From positions 2,784,001 to 2,848,000 of the forward strand of contig OZ243913.1 in the NCBI GenBank assembly GCA_965213705.1: a DNA stretch of 64,000 bases, given 5' to 3'. Below are positions 11,663-22,206 of the stretch, one piece after another. Source of the stretch: Trueperaceae bacterium (lineage in GTDB: Bacteria > Deinococcota > Deinococci > Deinococcales > Trueperaceae). Every line of letters begins with the position of its first letter. Positions within the stretch are counted from its first letter, which is position 1. Below the pieces are notes generated by a model, which worked only from the letters and a program-made list of their open reading frames with translations, searched no databases and was not told the DNA's origin. The translations under genes and the position numbers were made by a program.

Positions 11663-12490
11663 ATGAAACTGACTTTATTGGGTACAGGAACGCCTGTTTT
11701 AGAGTCCACGCGGCAAGGCTCGGCGTTTCTCGTGCAAGTCGGAGAACAAAACCTTCTTTTCGATGCCGGGCGAGGCGTCAGTAGCCAACTTCTGCTCATT
11801 GGGCTGGTCCCCGAACACCTCGACTATCTTTTTATCACCCATCACCACGCCGACCACATCGGCGGCCTGGGCGATTTGCTGGTGTCTGCTTGGCACGCCG
11901 GTCGCCGGAAGCCTATCCGAGTTTTCGGGCCGCCTGGTACGAGAGAGATAGTCGATACGCTTTTGAACGTCGTCTACAAGCGTGACATCACCTTTGCCTT
12001 GACAGGTGAGGACAAACCCGACATCAACACGCTCATCGAGGTGCGAGAGGTCACGGCGGGCGCTTCAATTCGAGAAGCGTCCTGGCTCCTCTCGGTCGGG
12101 TCGGTCAAACATGGGAATAGGTTGAGCCAAGCCGAGTTTCCCTGCTTGGGCTACCGGCTCGAGGCCGATGGCAAAGTTATAGCCTTGACCGGCGACTCGG
12201 TTGCAAGTGACGGTTGGTACACCTTGGCACAAGATGCCGACGTGTTGATTCAAAGCTGCTACCTGGCAAAAGCCGAAGTCACAACACCCGAATTCGAATA
12301 CCTCGCCGAACACGTCATCGCGGACTCGTCTCAGGTTGGCAAAATGGCAACCAAGGCCGAGGTGAAAACACTGGTGCTGACGCATTTCAGAAGAAAGTCT
12401 CTGGCTCTGATGCACCTTTTGCAAGACGACGTGCAAAAAGACTTCAGCGGCAAATTTATACTGGGTGAAGACCTTAAAATCCCCGTTTAA
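11663..12490 (+). CDS. MBL-fold metallo-hydrolase (RNase Z/AtsA-like)
   Basis: LTLLGTGTP, LFDAGRG, THHHADHIGG, TGDS, LVLTHF. Confidence 0.88.
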   Translation: MKLTLLGTGTPVLESTRQGSAFLVQVGEQNLLFDAGRGVSSQLLLIGLVPEHLDYLFITHHHADHIGGLGDLLVSAWHAGRRKPIRVFGPPGTREIVDTLLNVVYKRDITFALTGEDKPDINTLIEVREVTAGASIREASWLLSVGSVKHGNRLSQAEFPCLGYRLEADGKVIALTGDSVASDGWYTLAQDADVLIQSCYLAKAEVTTPEFEYLAEHVIADSSQVGKMATKAEVKTLVLTHFRRKSLALMHLLQDDVQKDFSGKFILGEDLKIPV

Positions 12491-12896
12491 GCGGTAAATA
12501 TAAGTTTGTTTCTTGCCACCCGCATCATCGTGGCAACCGCTCTTTATTTGGGCTCGAGCCGTGCGACGTAGAACTGACGGCACAAGCGCTCTAGGTCGCT
12601 GTGTTTCTGGGTTACGAGCGCAAGCATCATCTGTGTACAGGATACTTCACAAACGTGGGGTACGGCAGAAAACCCTTGAAGAGCGAGCTTTTCTTGAGCA
12701 AGTTCTGAAACAAGAAGGTTGGGAATAGAGTAGGCTCGAGGTCGTTTCAACGGTCATAAAAGCTTGAGCGTGGTGGCTCGAGCCTCGTGACCAGAGATGA
12801 CAAGATTCATGCGTTTTCAGGAGTTGAAAGTGTTGGGTAGGCTTATGAAATTCAACAGAATTTTTAGGCTCGTAGAATTTCAAACTTCACAATCAC

Positions 12897-14711
12897 CTAT
12901 TGCCTAACGAGACTTACAAGCCTAGTTACAATTTCTGTCAGTGTCAAATCCGCAGAAACATTATTTGAATCTTGAAGCGAAAGCGATATGGCTCCCAAAA
13001 CGGGTTTGGCAGGTTGATTTGAAAATAGGTCATACTCCTCTGAGTGATAGCGGTTCCAAGAATCACCCGCCCCCCCTGATTGTTTAGGATATAAAAGTAT
13101 TAGAGCTTGGGTAGAAGGGAAACCTCCATTGACCGAACCAAGTCCATGAAGATATTTTAACGCCATTGAAGGTAATTCGTCCCCCCACGAATTTGGGTTT
13201 TTATACTTGGCATCCAGCACGATATACTGGTAGCTGTTAGAACCTCTACATTCCAAGACGAAGTCGGGACGATACGGATATTTTTGGTAAGAGCCATGTT
13301 TCACATCAATCAAACCGTCTACATCGGAGTTTGCACGACTAAGATTTGGCTCGTAATAGAGTGTAGCCCACTGGTTGTTTCGATTGCTAAAAACATATTT
13401 GTCATACGGATTTTCTATAGCCATCAGGCTGGCATTTTCTGAACTGAGATGGGTAGCCTCTTGTTTCTCAAAGCCAGCGCTTGTGACAGCCTCAACAAGT
13501 TTAAATAAGCAGAAAAACTCATAAAGTTTGTCAATCGTCCGTAAGCCCAAAAGGAATCTATCCAAACGCCTGTCCAAACCTCCCAGGGCATACCAAGCTC
13601 TAATACGTTCAAACAAGCTTCGGTAGTGTGGGTAGCTATGAAAACCCGAGGTGAGCTTGGGGGATTCTCGAAGCGGACGATGAACGGGAACTACTTCTTG
13701 CAGTTGATGTTGGCAGTATCTGCACAAGCTTTGTAAGGCTCGACATTGGGTTAGCAAGCGTTCGCAGTAAGCTTGCCCAAACTCCCTCCTGATAATGTTG
13801 AAACTTTGATAACCTATCGGAATATCGGTGGGGGTTTCTAGCTCCCACATAAACTCGAGTTGCTCCTGGTAGTATGCTTCAATTTGTTGAAGCTTGGCAG
13901 CAACGTCAACCAGATAACCATGAATAATTTGATTTTCGTAAACGTCTGTATCTTCTACTAATTCTTCGGTTTCGATGACTTGTGGCGTATAGCGGCGATT
14001 GCCTATAGCAACCGCTCTAGCATTTCCAGGCGAAGGTACAAGCGTGTCTAGGTGATTAGTCAACCAGTGGGTAGCATACTCGCCCACGTACCCCACTTGT
14101 GACCACGAGCGCAAAGAAGGCTGTGGAGTAAGACGACTTCTCTTTTTTTGGCGTAATCTCACCAAAGAGGCTTGCAAAAGGTCGAGTCCATAGCGAGCCT
14201 CTTCCATCAAAACTCGTGCGTGGCGGAAACCGCCTAGTTTTTGGTCAGTACCAGAACCCTGAGTAGTCAGACTAAAGCACGACTTTACAATGTCGTCAAA
14301 ATGCCTCTCGAGGTATTGTAGAAGTAGTTCCACTTGCTCGGCGTTGAATTTTCTTGCGTACACCTCTACAAATGTTTGAAAAGTTCTTGTCTCTCCACTT
14401 TGCTCGTGCAACTCGAGAACAATCCTGCTCGTACCGAAGTGATTTAAAAAGAATGAAGGCTTCTGATGCGGATACCACCGATATTCGGTAAAAACGTCGG
14501 CTGTACGCACCTCACTCGGTTCTATACTGGCGTCGCCAATCCACAGCCGAGGTCGAGACTCGTAACGCATTTTATCTACTAAAACAAATTCCACAGGCTC
14601 AGTTTCTGTAATGCTCACTGAAGCTACGTGTTCATAATCAGCAAATTTTAGAAGCTCTCGTGCGCCACCACGGACTATAAATAGCTGAGGTTGTGCGGCA
14701 GAAAGCGTCAT
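12897..14711 (-). CDS. McrC-like DUF2357 / PD-(D/E)xK nuclease
   Basis: DTDVYENQIIHGYL (DUF2357-like), KLYEFFCL, RPDFVL...LDAKYK; ATGA overlap with the upstream McrB-like gene; AT-rich. Confidence 0.82.
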   Translation of the reverse strand: MTLSAAQPQLFIVRGGARELLKFADYEHVASVSITETEPVEFVLVDKMRYESRPRLWIGDASIEPSEVRTADVFTEYRWYPHQKPSFFLNHFGTSRIVLELHEQSGETRTFQTFVEVYARKFNAEQVELLLQYLERHFDDIVKSCFSLTTQGSGTDQKLGGFRHARVLMEEARYGLDLLQASLVRLRQKKRSRLTPQPSLRSWSQVGYVGEYATHWLTNHLDTLVPSPGNARAVAIGNRRYTPQVIETEELVEDTDVYENQIIHGYLVDVAAKLQQIEAYYQEQLEFMWELETPTDIPIGYQSFNIIRREFGQAYCERLLTQCRALQSLCRYCQHQLQEVVPVHRPLRESPKLTSGFHSYPHYRSLFERIRAWYALGGLDRRLDRFLLGLRTIDKLYEFFCLFKLVEAVTSAGFEKQEATHLSSENASLMAIENPYDKYVFSNRNNQWATLYYEPNLSRANSDVDGLIDVKHGSYQKYPYRPDFVLECRGSNSYQYIVLDAKYKNPNSWGDELPSMALKYLHGLGSVNGGFPSTQALILLYPKQSGGAGDSWNRYHSEEYDLFSNQPAKPVLGAISLSLQDSNNVSADLTLTEIVTRLVSLVRQ

Positions 14712-16745
14712 ACGAAAAAGCGATAAAAGCCATGTTCATTTTCGCCAACCTCGAGGATGCTCGCTAGCACCTGCTTACTGTGATCAAGCTGATCAATAGT
14801 TGTAACTAGGTCGTTTAATCGTGCTCTATAGGTGTCGCCATAACCGTTAATCAATGGAAGGACATGCTGCGCTACTGCGTAATCAAGCGCACTAAGTTCA
14901 TAGTGTTCGCGCATGAGCGGTCTAGCCACGCTACAAAATCGCTTGATAGTTTGCTGCTTGCGAGGGCTTATTATGATAGGCAAGCCTTTACTCGAGTCAG
15001 GCTCGTGTAGCGCTTTGATAATTTTATCAAGCAAGTCAAGCTCATCGGCTTCTAACTCCTGTCCACGTTCATTATTGAATAACCTGCACGTATCTTTTTC
15101 AGTGAGCAAACTCTTTTGTTCACTCGTCACCTCTTCTTCAATGAACTGAAAACTTTGACTTTGGGGTGGGTTGATTCTGATGACAGGTACACGGTCAAGC
15201 ATACGAGGAGATAGAGGCTCAGTTGTAGAGTCATAATTTACGGTTCCGAGAAACCGCATCGAGCGAGGTACTTCCAACTTTGCCTTCGCTCCTTTGTCGC
15301 CAGTGAGCAGTTCACGGCCTACATAATCATCGCACATGCGCAGGAAAGTGCTGAAGTAATGTTCTAAAGGACTTAGGTTGGCCTCGTCAAGGAGCACCCA
15401 AGATGGAAACGCTTTGGCTTCATCATCCTGAACGGCACTTAAAAGCTCGAAAAGTCCCGTGGCCGATGGTTGAAAGTTGCCACTCAACGGGTTGTAGAAA
15501 CCGATAAGGTCACGAGGAGAGGTCCAGCCGCGTGCTGTAGCGATAGTAAGAAAACGGTCAGCGTGCTCGAGTCCTAAAACGCGCGCTAGATAAGTTACTA
15601 AAGAGGTTTTACCGACTCCAGGTAAGCCCGCGAAAATGGTAAAAAAACTTTGCTGTATTGACACCAGATAATTTGCGAGTTCATGAGTAGCTATTTCTCT
15701 TCCAGCGTCACGTAATTTTCCTTGAACTTCTTGGATTAACTCTTGCGCTGTCGCTGGTTTATCATCACGTTCGCTCGGAATAGCGGAAACCATTACAGAC
15801 TCTGCTCGTGAAGGTATGACGCCATTGAGCATATCAACAAACGGCTTAAAGTCACTCAATTTTTCTCGTAGCTTCTCGCGGTTATCTTGTATATGACGCC
15901 TTAATTGCTCACTTGCCTGTTCTAAGTCCTCTTTCTCCTTCTCTAGTGTTTCTACAGCATTTTTACAATCATTGATATTGTTTTCCAAAGTGCGCTTTTG
16001 GAATTTCAGTACCTCGATTGAATTGCCAACTCCAAGTTTCTCAACCAGTAGAGTAAGTTCGGCCTCTTTACTTTCTATATCTCTATTCAGAATTTCCAAC
16101 TCTTTAGTAGAGGCCGCTAGGTTTTCCTCCTGCTTTTGCTTTTGGGATTTTTCTATTTGTTTAGAGAGTTTTTTCTCCTCCTCACGCAAAGCTTCGATTT
16201 TTTCTTGCTTCCCCTGAATCTCTTTTTCAATCTCGCCATATTGACTTTCAAATTGCTTCTGATACTTCGCCTTTGCTTGCTCGAGATAGGAGTCCCTATT
16301 GATTTCGAGAAAGTTGTCAATCTGTTTTACGCCCTGTTCTGACTTCAAGTAGTCGTTGATTAAACTGGAGCGCTGAGTGTTCCAGGTTTGTGTCCTATCA
16401 ATCAACTTCATTAAACGCTCTTTGCGTTCAGAAAAGTAGGGGGCATCTTTTATCAGAGAACTTATCTCTTGTCGAAATGAGCGCAAATCAGACTTGTTCA
16501 ATTTAATAGAGGATGTATCTGCTAACAAGGAATTACCCCACTTGACAAGTTCTTCGTCAGATATAAAATCTATATGGTCTAGTTCTGCCTTTCCCAAATC
16601 GTAAGCAGTAGCAGTTAAAACTAGATCTTGTGTATTGTTGTATTTGTCCTTCAACTCTGTGATCTCAAAATCGTCGTCAGTAAAGGTAAAAACGCAGTTT
16701 TCAGGCAGATTTTTTATGTTATACGGAGGTTTGAGTTCAACGCTA

Positions 16746-17524
16746 GGTAGTGGTTTAGCAAAGACTGATAAGCTAAGGAATGGTCACCAAAGTTGTACGT
16801 TGCTGCCACTGCGAGAGCGAAGAGCTTGTCAAGAACGGTCATGCACCAAACGGCAAGCAAAAGTACCTGTGTCGAGCGTGCGGCAAGTCCAGTCGCGAGA
16901 ACGCGAGCACTAAAGGGTACAGCGAAGCGAAGAAAGATGAGATACTGAAGTCGTATCAGGAGCGCTCTAGTATGCGTGGGCTGACCAGAACATTCGGCGT
17001 GTCCCGCACCACAATAGCGAAATGGCTCAAAAAAAGCCGCGACGACACCGCCGCTTAGCGCCACACTGGTTACGCCCGAGAACCCTGAAGCGGTGCAACT
17101 CGAACTCGACGAGATGTGGTCATTTGTTCGATGTAGACGTAACAAACGGTGGGCCTGGATAGCGCTTTGTAAGCAGACACGCCAGGTGGTCGCTTGTGTT
17201 GTAGGTGGACGTGGCATTGCTACTTGTCAAAAACTTTGGCGTAACATCCCAGATGCTTATAAACAAGGCACGGTGTTTAGTGACTTCTGGGAAGCTTATC
17301 AGGCCGTCGTTCCCGATGAACAGCATCAAGCTGTTGGTAAAGACTCAGGGCTTACAGCACACGTCGAGCGCTTTAACAATACTATCCGCCAACGCCTAGC
17401 GCGCTTTGTCAGAAAGACCTTATCCTTCTCCAAGTCCGAACACATGCACCTCATTTGCTTGCATCTGTTCTTGGTCCGCTACAATCTTGAGCGTGCTGCT
17501 GTCAGTTGATGGTGGGCCACTACC
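16746..17524 (+). mobile_element. IS1-family insertion sequence, 779 bp
   Basis: Imperfect 23-bp TIRs GGTAGTGG..ACTGA at both ends; 8-bp target duplication CAACGCTA (16738-16745 and 17525-17532); insA/insB ORFs. Confidence 0.95.
16780..17509 (+). CDS. IS1-family transposase InsAB (predicted -1 frameshift at A7G, 17029-17036)
   Basis: InsA: CCHC..KNGH..GKQKYLCRAC zinc finger plus HTH; InsB: ELDEMWSFV, SDFWEAY, HVERFNNTIRQRLARFVRKTLSFSKS. Confidence 0.93.
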
Positions 17525-18125
17525 CAACGCTAAACAAACCTTCATTAGGTTGGGGTTTAACTGTGTAGGCAAAAGGACCATAAAGCCCCTTAGAACTTGA
17601 GTCTCGCAAAACGATGAGTCGTGAGGGTTTGAAGCGTAAGTTCTCGATAGTTCGCTGCGAAGGGTCAAAAGCGGCTTCCAGGACGTGAAAATACTCAGTC
17701 CTTTCAACAGGAGTTATGTCTTTATCTCTTGCGATGAATTTGGCCTTTGAAGGATTATACGGTTCGAACTGATCATTCTCGCTGTAAGAGACGCGAAACA
17801 AATCTATTTCAGAGTATCCAGATTCTATTGCCTCATAGTTGTAGGTAACAAAAATGGCGTTATCGTTTGGAAACTCGTTAGACATTACAGGTCTTGCGCC
17901 CGCGTCATTTTCGATCAACAGAGGGCGGACCAAACCAGATGTTTGTGACAATGTTTGCTCGAGTTTTGCAGCTACTACTTCCACGCATCCTCCAAAACTG
18001 CTTCTGTATTTTATTCAGTTAAGATTACCATTAGAGTCTGATGTGAGCAAACGAATCTGTTTCGAGAAGTTTTAGAAAGTTGACGGTTGACTCAAACCCT
18101 TGTCTTCTGTACACTCTCCCAAGAC

Positions 18126-19797
<1,672 letters not shown>

Positions 19798-19860
19798 GGG
19801 AGTTTTTCGTTTTTAGACCAATGACGAAATACGAAGAACGAACGACTTTTTAGGAGCGAA

Positions 19861-21147
19861 ATGCGAATAAAAATTAGTAACGCCCACCTCATCGACGCCG
19901 GCAAAGATTACGGCGTCGGCGACCTCTATTTGAACGATGGAATCATCGAAGGCATGAATTTGGGCGGCGAGACCGACGAGAGTTTCGACGCGCGCGGCAA
20001 CGTGGTCACGCCCGCCTTTATTGACCTGCACACGCACCTGCGCGAGCCGGGGGGTGAGACCAAAGAGGACTTGCGCAGCGGTCTCGCCGCCGCCGCCGCG
20101 GGTGGCTTCGGGACGGTCGTGAGCATGGCGAACACAACCCCGACGGTGGACGAGCCCGGTTTGGTTGCGGGCTTGATAGCCAAAGCGGAGCGCATCGGGC
20201 AAGCGCGGTTGCGGCCGGCGGCGGCGCTCAGCCACGGCCTCGGCGGCAAAACGCTGACCGACTTCGCCGCCTTGCAAGCGGCGGGCGCGGTGATGATCAC
20301 CGACGACGGGATTCCCGTGGCGGACGCGCACCTTATGCGGCGGGCTTGCGAGTACGCCGCAGAATTGGGCCTTGTGGTTCAAACACATTCAGAGGAGCCG
20401 AGTTTGCGGCAAGACGGCGTGATGAACGAAGGGCGCGTGTCACAGCGCCTCGGCTTGCCCGGCAACCCGGCGAGCGCCGAAGCGGTAATGATTTTCCGCG
20501 ACTACGAACTCGCACTGATGACGGGGGCGAGGGTCCATATCGCGCACGTGTCGTCCAAACGTGGGGCGCAGGTTGTTGAGTGGTTCAAGGAGCAGGGCGC
20601 GCCCGTCACCGCCGAGGTGACGCCGCATCACCTGACACTCACGGACGAAGCCCTCGAGACCTTCGACCCGGTCTATAAAGTCGCTCCGCCGTTGCGGACA
20701 CAAAAAGACGTCAACTACTTGCGGGACGCCCTAAAGCGCGGCGTGTTCGACAGCGTCGGCACCGACCACGCGCCGCACACCCGCGCCGAGAAAGAGCGCG
20801 ACCTGCTCACTGCGCCTTTCGGCATCGCCAACATCGAGGTGACGTTTCCGCTGCTTTATACCGAGTTGGTGAAGACGGGCGGCCTCGAGCTGCAAGCTCT
20901 CCTTCGCCTCTTGCAAACCGGCCCCGCACGAGTGATGGGTTGGGACGCGCCGAGGTTGAAACCGGGTAGCCCGGCCGACCTGGTGGTGCTCGAGCTGAAC
21001 ACGGCTCACGAAGTTGCGCCCAAGCTCTTCAAAACCAAGGCCAAGTTCAGTCCCTGGACGGGGCGCAGCTTGTGGGGCTGGCCCGTGGCGACGTGGGTTG
21101 GCGGCGACCGTGTTTACACGCGGGCGGGCGCGCTTGCCTCTATCTGA
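19861..21147 (+). CDS. pyrC: Dihydroorotase
   Basis: DLHTHLREPG, AAAAGGF, HIAHVS, EVTPHHL, KVAPPLR, TDHAPH. Confidence 0.95.
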   Translation: MRIKISNAHLIDAGKDYGVGDLYLNDGIIEGMNLGGETDESFDARGNVVTPAFIDLHTHLREPGGETKEDLRSGLAAAAAGGFGTVVSMANTTPTVDEPGLVAGLIAKAERIGQARLRPAAALSHGLGGKTLTDFAALQAAGAVMITDDGIPVADAHLMRRACEYAAELGLVVQTHSEEPSLRQDGVMNEGRVSQRLGLPGNPASAEAVMIFRDYELALMTGARVHIAHVSSKRGAQVVEWFKEQGAPVTAEVTPHHLTLTDEALETFDPVYKVAPPLRTQKDVNYLRDALKRGVFDSVGTDHAPHTRAEKERDLLTAPFGIANIEVTFPLLYTELVKTGGLELQALLRLLQTGPARVMGWDAPRLKPGSPADLVVLELNTAHEVAPKLFKTKAKFSPWTGRSLWGWPVATWVGGDRVYTRAGALASI

Positions 21148-21218
21148 ACGCCCAACGCAGTCCCGGAACGGTGATAGATGCGACAGACACCATCAAAAGA
21201 CTTGAGTACACTAGACTC

Positions 21219-21884
21219 ATGATGAATCCTGCTCTCACCCCCAGGCAGCCTCAGCATCCTCTACCGCCGCTGACGGCAGCGCGCGACTATCCGCGCCGCT
21301 TGCTCGGCAAGGGTGACATCCTCTACCGCGACGGCGACACGGCCGACACCGTGTTTCGCGTGGAAGAGGGGCTGCTCAAACTCAGCATCGACCTCGTCAC
21401 CGGCAAGGAGCGTATCACCGGCGTGGCAGGTCCCGGCGACTTTATCGGCGCGATTACCCCGTCGCACTTTTCTCAGCAGGAAACGGCCCAAGCGCTGAGC
21501 CCTCAGGTCGTCGTGCAGGTGATTCCGAGCAGCGATGTCGGCGAAGACTTGAAAGACGAAGTGTACGCCGCCGCTGGGGTCCAACTCGCGCGTATGCGGC
21601 AAACCCTGGAAGACAGCGAGTTGCCCGTACCCGCCCGTCTGGCCCGAACTTTCGTGCGCTTGGGCGAACGCTTCGGCAACGTCTCGGACACGCACAACGT
21701 TCACCTCGCGCTGCCCCTGACCCACGACAACTTCGCCGCGATGGTCGGTGCCGCCCGCGAAACGACGACCGCCGTGTTGGGCGAGATGCGCAACGGCGGG
21801 CTGGTCGAAGGTACCCGCGGGCGCTACCGGTTCAACCTTGACACCTTGAGCGACTACGCGGTCGAGGCGTCGTTCGCTTACTAG
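21219..21884 (+). CDS. Crp/Fnr-family transcriptional regulator
   Basis: Cyclic-nucleotide-binding-like N-domain (KGDILYRDGD..GLLKL) and HTH LTHDNFAAMVGAARETTT; TACACT 6 nt before ATG. Confidence 0.88.
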   Translation: MMNPALTPRQPQHPLPPLTAARDYPRRLLGKGDILYRDGDTADTVFRVEEGLLKLSIDLVTGKERITGVAGPGDFIGAITPSHFSQQETAQALSPQVVVQVIPSSDVGEDLKDEVYAAAGVQLARMRQTLEDSELPVPARLARTFVRLGERFGNVSDTHNVHLALPLTHDNFAAMVGAARETTTAVLGEMRNGGLVEGTRGRYRFNLDTLSDYAVEASFAY

Positions 21885-21908
21885 CAACGCCGGCGAAAAA
21901 GACGAATG

Positions 21909-21939
21909 CGCGGGAAGCTCACGAGCTTCCCGCCTTTTT
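21909..21939 (+). terminator. Rho-independent terminator
   Basis: GCGGGAAGCTC-AC-GAGCTTCCCGC followed by a T run. Confidence 0.8.
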
Positions 21940-22086
21940 ATATGGATTCCAATACTACAGCTCGTAAACCTTGGGAAAGTTGTTCGCTTCCCAATCGAAA
22001 TCCGTATCTTGTCCTCTCGCTCTGCTCGCATTTGATTCCGAGAGAGTGAACCGGAAAGGGTATGACGTTTTTTATCATGCCTTTTA

Positions 22087-22148
22087 CATGACGTTGAGAC
22101 GAGCCGGTTTTGACTTGTCCTCCTTTTCTGAGGGAGGTGGCCTTTGGG
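22087..22148 (-). repeat. REP-like dispersed repeat copy
   Basis: Reverse complement CCCAAAGGCCACCTCCCTCAGAAAAGGAGGACAAGTCAAAACCGGCTCGTCTCAACGTCATG aligns with 41010-41072. Confidence 0.65.
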
Positions 22149-22206
22149 ACCGGCCGCTTCCAACTTTACGTGTTGACACGCCCCAGCCACGTTTGGAAAC
22201 GCTGCA

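Larger units (their letters stand above)
14708..17984 (-). pseudogene. Coiled-coil McrB-like AAA+ GTPase, interrupted by IS1-family element (829 aa when reconstructed)
   Basis: Walker A GLPGVGKT, Walker B LLDEAN, GTVNYD (NxD) motif, SPRMLDR; long E/K/Q coiled-coil; removing the IS plus one 8-bp TSD joins ORFs 17520-17984 and 14708-16654 in frame (..GLFSV|ELKPPYN..). Confidence 0.88.

Noticed and set aside
10924..18100. Prophage or integrative element
   Set aside because: No integrase, tRNA target, att repeats or phage structural genes seen
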